64,000 nucleotides of DNA from a virus (Duplodnaviria; Heunggongvirae; Uroviricota; Caudoviricetes). Positions 18,646 to 28,599 of this stretch are shown here, piece after piece; within the stretch, counting starts at the first letter, position 1, and every line of letters begins with the position of its first letter. The position numbers and the translations under genes were made by a program. The DNA is taken from the IMG/VR virus record IMGVR_UViG_3300044642_000188. The stretch is one strand, 5' to 3'. The notes under the pieces were generated by a model. The model was given only the letters and a program-made list of their open reading frames with translations, ran no database searches and was not told the origin of the DNA.

Positions 18646-19546
18646 ATCTGTAACTTCTATTTGGTAGTTCGTATCTGTTAAATCTGTTTAAGTCTTGGAT
18701 GATTCTTCTTTGCTTAGCCCAAGCATCTTGCTTCTTCACCTCAATGTCAGCCATGATAAATGCTTCATCAGCCATCTGTTTATAGTTTATCATCTTCCTC
18801 TCTAGCTGATTATATGTCTCATCGTTAGTTTGGTTGGTCAGCGTTTCTATCATTTTGTATTTGATGAAAGCCTCAACAAACTCTCTAACACGATAGTTAT
18901 CTGGAATCAATTGGTTACCTATTCCATCATATTCTGTAGAATAGAATATCAAATGAACCACACCATTTCTAAAATTGGTTACAAACTTGTTATCTCTAAT
19001 GTCAAATGAATCAGCAGCAGAACTACCAAAGTTTGCACAGTCTAGTGCACAATGAGCTTGTACAGAGATGTTACCTGGTTTTAATAAGTATTGTCTATGA
19101 TATTCTACAGCCACTTGTTGATTGGTCTTGTATACAGCTTGAATGAGCTCAGGCATGCACGTAGGACAACCTGTTGTACATTCTAGATTGGTACAAGGAG
19201 CTCCTCCAGAAATAACAGGACTCACCTGTATTGTTGTTTGTGAAGCTGCTTGAGAATAGAATGAATTAGCTGTTTGATAAGGATAGCCAGGGATTGATGT
19301 ACATAACCAAGCTTCTCTTACAGCAAAGAAGTTATCAGGAAGCCTAGCTTCAAAGTCCTCAATATATAAAAGCTGTTCGCTAATAACATAAGAAGACCTT
19401 CCTAGTTTCCTAAGACATTTATCCAGGTATGTAGGGAATAACAAATCATCTACAGCACCTGTATCGAAGTAGCTTTTAAACTCTTCTTTTACAGTCGAAT
19501 AGACAGGCTCAGGGGAGATGAAGTTATACTTGTAGTAATATGACAT
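18623..19546 (-). CDS. Hypothetical tail-module protein (307 aa) with a Cys cluster.
   Basis: ORF in the late operon. It carries a CTNLECTTGCPTC cluster. Confidence 0.5.
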   Translation of the reverse strand: MSYYYKYNFISPEPVYSTVKEEFKSYFDTGAVDDLLFPTYLDKCLRKLGRSSYVISEQLLYIEDFEARLPDNFFAVREAWLCTSIPGYPYQTANSFYSQAASQTTIQVSPVISGGAPCTNLECTTGCPTCMPELIQAVYKTNQQVAVEYHRQYLLKPGNISVQAHCALDCANFGSSAADSFDIRDNKFVTNFRNGVVHLIFYSTEYDGIGNQLIPDNYRVREFVEAFIKYKMIETLTNQTNDETYNQLERKMINYKQMADEAFIMADIEVKKQDAWAKQRRIIQDLNRFNRYELPNRSYRYGWRRNN

Positions 19547-19551
19547 TTATT

Positions 19552-20028
19552 TTATTTTTTCCATTCACGATAAATATGTTGATATTGATCGTTGGTTTTT
19601 AGGTAGTGGGATAACAACCTAGAGGTTGTACGAGATGGTTTGAAATACCAGAGTTTCATGTTCTTGAATCTGGCTGATTCTCTAAACCACATCCACCCAA
19701 AGAAATATCCTTCAGTGTGGTAATTAAAGTTGTAGATTATTTTACCCTTCTCTTTAGATCTTTTCCAATCAACTGGTAGGTTAACATATTCCTTACCATC
19801 AATTAGTTTCATCTTCTTCCTCTTCTTCTTATTGATTGAGAAGTCACCAAATCCAAAAGGAAGCTTAGCTTTCTCTCCAGTTTCTAGAATATAGTTCTTG
19901 AAGCTCTCATTATACAAATAGATGATGTTTCTCCATTGGTCAAATGAGATTTTTATAGAGGGGTTCTTTTTACAGAAATTATTGTAGTTTTCTTTACTGG
20001 AGCTTCTCCAATCAACTTTTGTTCGCAT
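19552..20028 (-). CDS. Hypothetical basic protein (158 aa).
   Basis: ORF with a 4-bp junction to the downstream gene. Lys/Trp-rich. Confidence 0.45.
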   Translation of the reverse strand: MRTKVDWRSSSKENYNNFCKKNPSIKISFDQWRNIIYLYNESFKNYILETGEKAKLPFGFGDFSINKKKRKKMKLIDGKEYVNLPVDWKRSKEKGKIIYNFNYHTEGYFFGWMWFRESARFKNMKLWYFKPSRTTSRLLSHYLKTNDQYQHIYREWKK

Positions 20029-20756
20029 TAGTTATTGTTGGTTGTGTTTGGTGCTTGACCATCCACCCCATCTGATGTTTGATCTGTTTTCAATCTAAAG
20101 TAGGTTGATAACAGCTTTTGAGATGTCAGTTCTAGCACTTGCTTTTCTAGATAACCAGGGCAGCCATATTCTTTATCTAGAGGGTTTTTACAATAGTCTT
20201 CTAGATTAACATTATCACTGCAACAGCATTCAGCAAACATGATCTCATTAGGAACATCTTCTTCAAAGAAAGCAGAAATTCTAACAGCTTGTAACAAAGG
20301 ATTATTTACATATAAATATCCTCCATTAGCAATCCAGTAGTATTGCTCATTCTTGATGATTGGAAGTTTTAAGAGATTGACATATCTATTGATAGTAACC
20401 TCTTTTAACTTTTTGCCTTGCCCACTCATAGCGTTTATTGAATAAACACCCTGAATGAGGTATTGATAATTACCCTCGCATATACGAGGAAGTTTATATT
20501 TTGTTCTAGCTACAGTACAAGGATCCACATAATCACAACATTCAGAAATAGGAACTTCTACCAATTCCAAACAAGGAATGGTAGTAAACAAAGTATCAGT
20601 AGCCCAAAGCTTTCTGAGATTTGTTTCACGTTTTACTAATAAAAGTGTGTTGTTCTTAATCTCAGATGCCACCACTCTATCAGTGATTAGGTTATCTGTT
20701 GATAACAATTTGTGCATTGCACGTACATCTGAAACTAATTTCCTTAAAGTTGCCAT
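20028..20756 (-). CDS. Hypothetical Cys-rich tail-module protein (242 aa).
   Basis: Overlapping start and stop junctions on both sides indicate translational coupling. It carries a CCCSD motif and other Cys. Confidence 0.5.
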   Translation of the reverse strand: MATLRKLVSDVRAMHKLLSTDNLITDRVVASEIKNNTLLLVKRETNLRKLWATDTLFTTIPCLELVEVPISECCDYVDPCTVARTKYKLPRICEGNYQYLIQGVYSINAMSGQGKKLKEVTINRYVNLLKLPIIKNEQYYWIANGGYLYVNNPLLQAVRISAFFEEDVPNEIMFAECCCSDNVNLEDYCKNPLDKEYGCPGYLEKQVLELTSQKLLSTYFRLKTDQTSDGVDGQAPNTTNNN

Positions 20757-22006
20757 TATAAATACTGTTTGAATATATTTGTCATTCCCTCAGCTTGATC
20801 GATTAAGAATGCTGTCACTTCAGCCTTAGACATTGTGTGACCATTCTTATCATCCCAAAGGCTCTTAGCATTTGAGAAAGCTGGAATTTGGTAAAATTTA
20901 ATACCGTTAAAATCATGACTCACTTCATGATGCTTATCTCCTGTGAATATATAGAAGTTATTATGGAATGACCATTGGTCTCTATATTCTATTGGGAACA
21001 GTCCTGCAAGTTTAGCTGGCTTAATAGCATCCCCATGATTGAACATTAATGCTGAATTGCCATAACTTACATACTTTCTGTATTTAGGAGAGCTATCAAT
21101 TGTAAGTCTGTCTGTATTTCTAAAATACGTTTGTAACCAGTTAACCATATGCCATCCTACAAACTCATCGTGATTACCAGCTACATACACTACATTAACA
21201 TGTTTAGCGTATTGTAATAACATTGTAATCATTAACACCTCATGGTCACATATATACTCAAATGAAGTTTGATATGTATGTGTATTCTGTTGAGGGGTTC
21301 CTTTTGTAGTTGCATTGGTGTATTCACTATTAAACTCATCTGAGCCAATAATGTATGTGATTTCTTCTAAGTTGTTTGAAAGTTCAGCCTGTGCAGCTAT
21401 CACTTCCACCTTATACATAATCTTAGCTAGTCTATCTACTATATTGTTATTACCATCTACATCCCATTTGTTTAAATGAGAGTCTTGTTTATTGATAACC
21501 AACATACCATTTGGTTTCTCTGGAGAGAACTTAGGACTCATAACTTCCTGACTAACAGGCTGATATGAAGCTAAAAAGTCTACGAAGCTATCTTGAAACA
21601 CTTGCTCTGCAGACTTCTTTGCTAGCCAGGCTTTAACCTGCCAATGAGGATTTCCACCATTCCCCCAGAAGTTCTGTACATATTTAGTTATTTCCCATTT
21701 CTCTGTGTCTATGTGACACTTCTCAATAAGCTCATCTAAGCTCTTAACCTCTTCGCTAAAGTTAGCTACCACCTCACCAACACCTTTACTAATGTCCTCT
21801 GTAAACTTAACTATTACATTCTCTAGTTCAGCAATGTAATTTCCAACCTCAGCATCTTCCTCACTCTTCTCTTGATTTCTTAATTCTTTTAATAACTCAT
21901 CCACCTCAAACTCTGTAATTCCAAGCTTATCAGCATAGAATTGTTTACTCTTTTTCCAATGTAGAATCTCTTCTAGCTGTTGTAGCAACGATTGGTTTTC
22001 AGACAT
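20756..22006 (-). CDS. Calcineurin-like metallophosphoesterase domain protein (416 aa).
   Basis: The C-terminal half carries VYVAGNHDEF (a GNH[DE] motif), NHGD and TGDKHHE. Upstream, D-x-H and GSDEF-like motifs fit the metallophosphatase signature order. Confidence 0.5.
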   Translation of the reverse strand: MSENQSLLQQLEEILHWKKSKQFYADKLGITEFEVDELLKELRNQEKSEEDAEVGNYIAELENVIVKFTEDISKGVGEVVANFSEEVKSLDELIEKCHIDTEKWEITKYVQNFWGNGGNPHWQVKAWLAKKSAEQVFQDSFVDFLASYQPVSQEVMSPKFSPEKPNGMLVINKQDSHLNKWDVDGNNNIVDRLAKIMYKVEVIAAQAELSNNLEEITYIIGSDEFNSEYTNATTKGTPQQNTHTYQTSFEYICDHEVLMITMLLQYAKHVNVVYVAGNHDEFVGWHMVNWLQTYFRNTDRLTIDSSPKYRKYVSYGNSALMFNHGDAIKPAKLAGLFPIEYRDQWSFHNNFYIFTGDKHHEVSHDFNGIKFYQIPAFSNAKSLWDDKNGHTMSKAEVTAFLIDQAEGMTNIFKQYL

Positions 22007-22120
22007 ATATGGTTTAATTTAGTTAAAATTAGTGTAAAGGTACGAACTAATTTTGACATTTACAAAATTTAATTAACCAATTTAATTATATACATTAATC
22101 AATTTGATTAGAGTTTAAAC

Positions 22121-22149
22121 AAAAACCCCCAGCCTAGAAAGGCCAGGGG
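22121..22149 (-). terminator. Intrinsic terminator for the 22188..22754 fibre gene. An adjacent second hairpin (22153..22181) has its T-run on the opposite strand.
   Basis: On the minus strand CCCCTGGCC-TTTCTA-GGCTGGGGG followed by TTTTT. Hairpin 2 is CCTTGT-(12)-ACAAGG followed by TTTTT on the plus strand. Confidence 0.55.
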
Positions 22150-22187
22150 ATACCTTGTAAAACCAACAAAACAAGGTTTTTGATATT

Positions 22188-22754
22188 TTATGGACAAGTG
22201 ATATAGTTCGTAAGTTCTCCGTTAACATCAACCTCAGCTGCATAAGTTATAGCACCTTTAATTAATTTTCTCCATCCCACTGAGCCAACAAATGGTGTTG
22301 TCAAACTTGGACTATCATAGAAAATCATTCCAACAATAGGGGTATTGTTTGCTGGTAGAGCGTAAACTGTTATTGTTGCTACTCCACTACAAGCAGAACC
22401 AGAATCACCATATGTCCCAGAAGTAATTGTGTATATTTGATAAGGCAAAGTGGTGGTGGTGGTTGTGGTTGGAGGAACTGTGGTGGTTGTAGTGGTTGTA
22501 GATGTACTAGTACTAGTTGTAGTGGTTGTAGTACATGGTACTATAGATATATCTGTATAGTTTGTACATGTTCCTGTAGACATAACACGAACGATTGTTG
22601 TACCGTTTGGAACTACTGTAGATGTATACCCAGCCAATAAGCTAGATTTTGATACACCTGTTACAAATGGTGTAGAATACGAATCTACATTTGAATATAG
22701 ACTAAATGGTCCTGTTGAGGTGCCAGCTGTCGTTAATGTAATTAATACTGTCAT
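22188..22754 (-). CDS. Tail fibre or needle-like protein (188 aa) with an internal poly-Thr linker.
   Basis: Its N-terminus is paralogous to the 288-aa protein. The linker reads CTTTTTTSTSTSTTTTTTTVPPTTTTTTT. An intrinsic terminator follows. Confidence 0.55.
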   Translation of the reverse strand: MTVLITLTTAGTSTGPFSLYSNVDSYSTPFVTGVSKSSLLAGYTSTVVPNGTTIVRVMSTGTCTNYTDISIVPCTTTTTTSTSTSTTTTTTTVPPTTTTTTTLPYQIYTITSGTYGDSGSACSGVATITVYALPANNTPIVGMIFYDSPSLTTPFVGSVGWRKLIKGAITYAAEVDVNGELTNYITCP

Positions 22755-22791
22755 ATTGGGGGTTTATTAAGGGATTATAGTTATTATAATA

Positions 22792-23541
22792 TTATGGACA
22801 ACCAGTAAATCCTGTTGAAAATATTGCGTACAATGTACCACCTGGGTCTGTGAATAGAGTTCCTGTTACTACCCAAATGTTCCCTGGAGATGTTACTCTG
22901 CTATTAATTGCAAATGTTCCAGTCGGATATGATTGAGAATACTCTATTGAGCTATCTGTACAGTTTGTTATTTGATACCAAACAAAAGGTGCTACTACAG
23001 TTGTTGTTGTTGTAGTTGTTGGGGGAACAGTTGTAGTTGTTGTTGTAGTAGTACTACTAGTTGACGTACTAGTTGTAGTACTAGTAGTAGACGTTGATGT
23101 ACTAGTTGTTGTTGATGTAGAACTAGATGTAGATGTTGTAGTGGTTGTAATAGGAACAGCGGTAGTTGTAGTTGTTGTTGTACTGCTACTGCTGGTAGTA
23201 GATGTTGTTGTTGGTGTTATTGTAGATGTAGTAGTTGTAGTTGGAGTGATGGCACAAGAGTTTACCAATGTACAGAACATCACCTTTAAAGATGGGTTCT
23301 GATTAATTACAGTGATAAGGGTTTGTACTAGTTCTATAGGTTCAAGTGCGTTATCTAGTTTCTGCAAAGCTAATGTCAATATATCCCCTGTATCAATTCC
23401 TGAATTAGGAAGATCTGGGCCATTATATTGAACAGCTGATGTAGGAATAGGATAACCAGCAAATGCTCCATTATTACACTGTTGTGGATAATAAGCATTC
23501 ACTGTATTCTCAAAGCAAGGGGTACCAGGTACGCAAGCCAT
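22792..23541 (-). CDS. Tail fibre-like protein (249 aa) with a linker of about 90 aa Thr/Ser. Its N-terminal anchor is paralogous to the 373-aa collar-domain fibre.
   Basis: N-terminal LPNSGIDTGDILTLALQKL resembles IPSLGIDTGDNLLVVEQAL of the next gene. The linker shares the TTTTTTTVPPTTTTTT block with two other genes. Confidence 0.55.
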   Translation of the reverse strand: MACVPGTPCFENTVNAYYPQQCNNGAFAGYPIPTSAVQYNGPDLPNSGIDTGDILTLALQKLDNALEPIELVQTLITVINQNPSLKVMFCTLVNSCAITPTTTTTSTITPTTTSTTSSSSTTTTTTTAVPITTTTTSTSSSTSTTTSTSTSTTSTTTSTSTSSTTTTTTTTVPPTTTTTTTVVAPFVWYQITNCTDSSIEYSQSYPTGTFAINSRVTSPGNIWVVTGTLFTDPGGTLYAIFSTGFTGCP

Positions 23542-23560
23542 TATAATTTAGTTTAATCGA

Positions 23561-24682
23561 TTAAGGGATGTACATGATGTAGTAGCACGCACGTACAGGC
23601 TGAATGTTAGCATGACCTAATCCACCACCTGTGTTGCCATTAGTTACAGTTACACCTGTATATGCTCTAGTTGTTGTAGTGGCTACTTGTTCAGTACCAA
23701 CTCTATTACCTGCAACGTTTTCTATTCTTGTAATAGGGTTACCGTCGTTTGTACTATTCCAATCCCACTCACTTAAAACTGATGTAGCTGTTTTAATCGC
23801 TGTAAAGTGACCAGGGTCAACAACAGTTGCAGAGTGTGAGTGTGCAGGGATTTGTGTACTGTTTAATATAACTTGGTTAGCACCACCACCATCTCCAAGA
23901 GCATAGTTAGGGTTACCAACATTAATAGGGTTAACAGCAGGATCTAAAGTTCCACCACCCATACCAACAATAGCACCTACAGGAACACGTCCTCTTTTAT
24001 CAGGGGTTCCATTTAAGCCATTACATAGATAAATTTTATCAAACCCATCAGCAGCAATACCTGCTCCAGTGATATCAAAGTAACTTAACGGACCATAGTA
24101 TTCTACAGCTGTATAAGGAACCATCTTTGTATAGTTCTGTGTAGGAGCAAGACTATTTAAGTAAGCTTGGATTAAACCGTTTAGATCAGCAAGCTTTACG
24201 TAGTTTGTACTTACGTTTAAAGCTAATGCCGTTAAGTCTACACCTAATTGACAAAGCTTTGTAATAACAGCCTGAACAACAGCATGTGTATCAGAAGAGG
24301 CTGTTACACCTGTAAGACAACCTATGTTATAATCTGCATTTAATACAGCAATATCAGCTTCTACAGCATCAACTTGTACCTGTAAATCACACGCAGCTTT
24401 TACTAAAGCTGTAAATAAATCTAAAGCAGAAGGAGTTCCACACGTAGGGAAACAAGGAGGAAGATACTGTGTAACTAGATTACAATAATCATCTAGATCT
24501 ATATCGATAGAGATTCCTGTTCCATCTAGAAAACTAATCACTTTATTAATAAGAGCTTGCTCTACAACAAGAAGGTTATCACCAGTATCTATTCCTAAAG
24601 AAGGGATAGGGTCTCCTGTATATCTAACACATTTATCAGAAACAATCTCTACACAACCGTTATAACAATTTGTACAAGACAT
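23561..24682 (-). CDS. Tail fibre with a phage tail-collar-like C-terminal domain (373 aa).
   Basis: YLCNGLNGTPDKRGRVPVG ... NQVILNSTQIPAHSHS matches the tail-collar signature (PDLRGR...P.HtH). Confidence 0.55.
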   Translation of the reverse strand: MSCTNCYNGCVEIVSDKCVRYTGDPIPSLGIDTGDNLLVVEQALINKVISFLDGTGISIDIDLDDYCNLVTQYLPPCFPTCGTPSALDLFTALVKAACDLQVQVDAVEADIAVLNADYNIGCLTGVTASSDTHAVVQAVITKLCQLGVDLTALALNVSTNYVKLADLNGLIQAYLNSLAPTQNYTKMVPYTAVEYYGPLSYFDITGAGIAADGFDKIYLCNGLNGTPDKRGRVPVGAIVGMGGGTLDPAVNPINVGNPNYALGDGGGANQVILNSTQIPAHSHSATVVDPGHFTAIKTATSVLSEWDWNSTNDGNPITRIENVAGNRVGTEQVATTTTRAYTGVTVTNGNTGGGLGHANIQPVRACYYIMYIP

Positions 24683-24690
24683 TTTATAAA

Positions 24691-24957
24691 TTATTTATGA
24701 ATTAAAAGTTTTACTTTACTCGCTATCATCTTCACAGTAAATTGACTACAGTAGTCAGGGTTACAATATTTGTAAACTAAGATTCTTTTATAGTTTAGTA
24801 AGTCACCAATTACAACTCCTGGTACAGGATAATTTAAAGAGAATACGATATTATTATATTGATTATTTGCCAAGTCTGTTAACTTGCAATCAATATCATT
24901 TAATAGTACAGGTATAGTTGTACAATCAATACAGTTTGTAAGCCTTGGTGATAACAT
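24691..24957 (-). CDS. Hypothetical small protein (88 aa).
   Basis: ORF only. An alternative 47-codon Cys-rich ORF (MANCRECGIKVGCGCQLINGLCSACNYKLK...) on the same strand overlaps its 5' end (25069..24926). Confidence 0.3.
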   Translation of the reverse strand: MLSPRLTNCIDCTTIPVLLNDIDCKLTDLANNQYNNIVFSLNYPVPGVVIGDLLNYKRILVYKYCNPDYCSQFTVKMIASKVKLLIHK

Positions 24958-25070
24958 TTTTTATTCTTTGAGTTGCTTGCTTCAGCTTATAATTACATGC
25001 TGAACATAAGCCATTAATTAATTGACATCCACATCCTACTTTGATGCCACATTCTCTACAGTTTGCCATT

Positions 25071-25628
25071 TTATTGAAAATTAATTATGTAGTTATTTCC
25101 TGAACAACCACAGTTGGTTCTAATAAAGTTGTTAAGCATTTTATCTGCTTGTACATACAGTTTGTTAGAAGTGTCTACAGCACAGTTATTAGCTGCAGCA
25201 ATAGAACCCTGAATCATGTAGTATACACTATTTAAATTTACCTTAGCCTGTGTCTTGATAGCAAGATCGCATTCCATCATATCAAGCTTCATGAAAGCAT
25301 TGTCAAACTTCTCTTGTAATTGGTCAACACGAATAATGGTTTTGGTAACATAGTTCAGATATGCAGGAGCAACAGAATATGTTAATGTATAGATTCCATC
25401 AGGTAGAGGAATCAATGGAGCTCCTACAACACTAAGTCCTAATGAGGCTGAATTAAATATATTAAAGTCATTAACATTAAATGGTAAAAATACAGGATCA
25501 AATCCAGGCATTGTCACTTCAAGAGTTGGAGAAGAAACAACAGGAGGATTTGTATTGTAGGTTGATGCATCAGCTACACCTAATGTTAATGTGTTATAAG
25601 TTGGTACTACTAGTATATCTAAGGTCAT
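25071..25628 (-). CDS. Hypothetical virion protein (185 aa).
   Basis: ORF in the late operon downstream of the capsid genes. Confidence 0.5.
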   Translation of the reverse strand: MTLDILVVPTYNTLTLGVADASTYNTNPPVVSSPTLEVTMPGFDPVFLPFNVNDFNIFNSASLGLSVVGAPLIPLPDGIYTLTYSVAPAYLNYVTKTIIRVDQLQEKFDNAFMKLDMMECDLAIKTQAKVNLNSVYYMIQGSIAAANNCAVDTSNKLYVQADKMLNNFIRTNCGCSGNNYIINFQ

Positions 25629-25711
25629 GTCTTTAAAATAAATATGCCAGAGGACTTGAGAAATATCCTCTCACCCTCTGGCATAGGTTATATGATTCTA
25701 CTTTTATTCTA

Positions 25712-26875
25712 TTAAGGAATCAAAGTAGTTGTTGTTGAAGTACTAGGCCAAACAGTAGTTGTAGTAGAAGTAGTACTTGTTACAGGACCGCTCTCATTAG
25801 TAACAGCACCTAAAGCAGCAACTAAAATTGCCTCGATTGCAGCAGTTGCACCACTAGGGATAGCAATGATTACAGTGCTATCTTCATAGATATAGTCGCC
25901 CCACTGATACTCAGACCTGTTATACTCATTAAACTTAATGTAATAAGTGTCATAAGTAGTACCATCAGTTACCCAAGACTCAAAGTTCTCGTTGTAACCA
26001 ACCATTCTGTACAAATGCTTAAGGTAACCAGCTTGATAGCTATAGAAGTTTTTCTCTAATTGCTTAATCTCATCTGAAGTACCAGATATGTAAGAAGCAC
26101 GTTGAGTAACTACAGCCTCAGCAACGATGTTACAATTGTCAGCAACGATGAAGTCAGCAGTTGTAGCTGGTCCACTGTACACGAAAGTACGGAAGTACAT
26201 ACGATCGTATTCCCAAGGGAAAGCAGCAACATCACATGGTTGACCATATTTAGTTAATGGTTTACCAGAGATAACTAACTTAGCGTTTTGATCGTTACCA
26301 ACTCTTTGGAATTGATAGAATGTGTTGAAGCTAATGTTGTCAGGGTTGTTACCTGGAGCTTCTTGTTCAAACTTTAAGATAGCTTGATCAATAAAAGCAG
26401 GAACATCAACGTCTGCACAAGGATCGCCACCACACTCTAAACAAGGAGCAACAACTGTAATAGAACGGGTGAAACCGTTGAAATACAATGTGTCAATGTA
26501 AGAAGAATGAGCACGTAATGTGAATGTTACAACCTCACCTGGCTTAACGTTAAAGTTACCAATCTCAGTTACTTGGTTAGCAGCAACTGGGTTACCAGTC
26601 ACCTTGTACCATTCTGTAACGTTTGATTTGCAAGAAGAACCTGTAGGACATCCAGAAATTTTGTCTGAACGCTTAGATCCTTGTAAATAAGTGTTAACTC
26701 TACCTTGAGCTAAATAGAAGTACGGTTTAGCAGCAATGTTACCTGCAGTAGCTACAGTGTAATCGCTTCTAAAGATACCAAACTGACCTGCGGTCAAGTT
26801 TTGCGTAGAACCAGAGCTAGGTAGAGTGTTTCCTACTGGAACTACGAAGAGGGTAGTTAATGAAAAATCAGCCAT
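25712..26875 (-). CDS. Virion protein (387 aa) with a C-terminal Thr/Ser tail.
   Basis: C-terminus SGPVTSTTSTTTTVWPSTSTTTTLIP. It lies between head and tail genes. Confidence 0.5.
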   Translation of the reverse strand: MADFSLTTLFVVPVGNTLPSSGSTQNLTAGQFGIFRSDYTVATAGNIAAKPYFYLAQGRVNTYLQGSKRSDKISGCPTGSSCKSNVTEWYKVTGNPVAANQVTEIGNFNVKPGEVVTFTLRAHSSYIDTLYFNGFTRSITVVAPCLECGGDPCADVDVPAFIDQAILKFEQEAPGNNPDNISFNTFYQFQRVGNDQNAKLVISGKPLTKYGQPCDVAAFPWEYDRMYFRTFVYSGPATTADFIVADNCNIVAEAVVTQRASYISGTSDEIKQLEKNFYSYQAGYLKHLYRMVGYNENFESWVTDGTTYDTYYIKFNEYNRSEYQWGDYIYEDSTVIIAIPSGATAAIEAILVAALGAVTNESGPVTSTTSTTTTVWPSTSTTTTLIP

Positions 26876-26902
26876 TTTGTTTTATTTAAATTGTGAAAAT
26901 AA

Positions 26903-27634
26903 CTATTCGTTTGTTTGAATTCTAAACTGAGCACTTTGAACTGCAGATTGATTCTCTGTATACATCGCTAGGTTTTGAACTGTTAAGTCTAACAACTCAT
27001 CTTCTAGGTATGTTTCTAGTTCACAGTCTTGATCATAAGAGTTCTGTCCGTCTAACATAACATATCCAGTCTTATTAATATACACTGGGTATCTCATGTA
27101 CGATACATATATTTGCTTAGGTGTAAATGTACCATCAGTAAATATAGAAATCTCATCAGAAGATATAGAATTAAACGTTTCTTGATATTCAAATGATGGT
27201 CTATAGTGAGTGTTAGTTAAGCAAAATTGTAAATCGCCATGCTTAGTAAGATCTCTATTAATCCATATTTTTCTATCTGTACATCTACCCTTATCTGCTA
27301 ATACATAACTATCTATATAGAACATGTATTTTGGAGTGAGTAAATGAATATCTGCAGACCATTGATTTAACTCAGCATTTAGTAGTGTTAAATTTAGGGG
27401 TTGATGGTTATAATTTACCACCAAACTTTGTAGGTCTTCGTAACGCTTTTTAAAAGCATCTAGACCTAAACCAGAAACTGTGTTTTGACCGTCAACCTTC
27501 TGTTTAATCAACTTGATCTGAGCCTCATTCAAGGCTAAAATCTTATCTTCCAATTGAATTTGTTGATGCTCGTTAGTTGATAGTTTATTTAGTTTCTGGT
27601 CAATTTTATATAATAAACTATCTACGGGTATCAT
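26903..27634 (-). CDS. Hypothetical virion protein (243 aa).
   Basis: ORF. Its stop overlaps the upstream gene (ATGA junction at 27631..27634). Confidence 0.5.
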   Translation of the reverse strand: MIPVDSLLYKIDQKLNKLSTNEHQQIQLEDKILALNEAQIKLIKQKVDGQNTVSGLGLDAFKKRYEDLQSLVVNYNHQPLNLTLLNAELNQWSADIHLLTPKYMFYIDSYVLADKGRCTDRKIWINRDLTKHGDLQFCLTNTHYRPSFEYQETFNSISSDEISIFTDGTFTPKQIYVSYMRYPVYINKTGYVMLDGQNSYDQDCELETYLEDELLDLTVQNLAMYTENQSAVQSAQFRIQTNE

Positions 27635-28599
27635 ACAGAAGCTATTTTCTTAGTTTTTAATTTTCCTTCCAAGGTTAATAATTCGTCTTGGTTATCTTCA
27701 TCAGCAAGGAATTTAACTAAATCATCTTCATCCTTAGCAATCTCAAATTCACCTTCGTACACCTTACCATTAGGTTTTAAACGATATACTGAGTGAGCAA
27801 TAGCCTGCTTAACCAAGTCTTTAATATGGAGTAAGTTTTCCTTCATATCTGCAAATCTGCTGAACACCTCTACAGGGTTTAAACCAGCATGTTTACCATT
27901 CTTGAATTCTGTTTGTTTTAATAGGTTATCTACCTGATTGTATACAGAGTCTTCTTTAGTGTCTTCTGTAACAGGTAATCCTAACAATCTTGCCACCTTG
28001 CGTTTCTTCTCAGGACTCATTGAATCAAACTTGACAATAGCCTTGTTGATCAATTGTTTCTTTTTGAATATCACTGCATTTTCAATTTCATCATCAGCAA
28101 CGTAAAATTGTGTATCTGCAGGAACTTCACCACGCTCCCAAGCCTGATAGCTAGAGGCAATTGTTGGATGAACTCTTAACCATGCAAAAGCTAATTCTTG
28201 AAAAGGATTAGAAAAATCAAAGTAGTTATCACCATCCATCAACTTAACAGCTTGTACATGTAATGTATCATCTGTAGATGTAGACAATCCATAGTTCCAG
28301 AAACTAGAACGAGGACCTAAATCAACATCACCTAAATTAGCTTCAAGTTTTTGTTTAAGTGCTGTAACTCTTTCAACTTCCATTTCTCTTTCAAGACTGT
28401 CACCCATTCTACGAATGTATGCAGCATTTGGATCTAATCCAGTTCTGTACTGTCCATCAAGTTCCTTGTAAGGATACTTAAATACACCTGTTCCAGGGAT
28501 CCTGGTTAAACCTTTCTGTGCAAGTCCACCTTGCATAGTTTGTAACTGAGAGTTGTTGTAATCTTTCTTTAACGTAGAGATTTTTCCTATCTTACCCAT
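27631..28599 (-). CDS. Hypothetical virion protein (322 aa).
   Basis: ORF immediately downstream, in the direction of transcription, of the capsid candidate and its hairpin. Confidence 0.5.
   Translation of the reverse strand: MGKIGKISTLKKDYNNSQLQTMQGGLAQKGLTRIPGTGVFKYPYKELDGQYRTGLDPNAAYIRRMGDSLEREMEVERVTALKQKLEANLGDVDLGPRSSFWNYGLSTSTDDTLHVQAVKLMDGDNYFDFSNPFQELAFAWLRVHPTIASSYQAWERGEVPADTQFYVADDEIENAVIFKKKQLINKAIVKFDSMSPEKKRKVARLLGLPVTEDTKEDSVYNQVDNLLKQTEFKNGKHAGLNPVEVFSRFADMKENLLHIKDLVKQAIAHSVYRLKPNGKVYEGEFEIAKDEDDLVKFLADEDNQDELLTLEGKLKTKKIASV

Noticed and set aside
22437-22640. Plus-strand Cys/Gly-rich ORF (67 aa).
   Set aside because: It is the antisense reading of the poly-Thr region of the 188-aa fibre gene. 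It is a repeat artefact.
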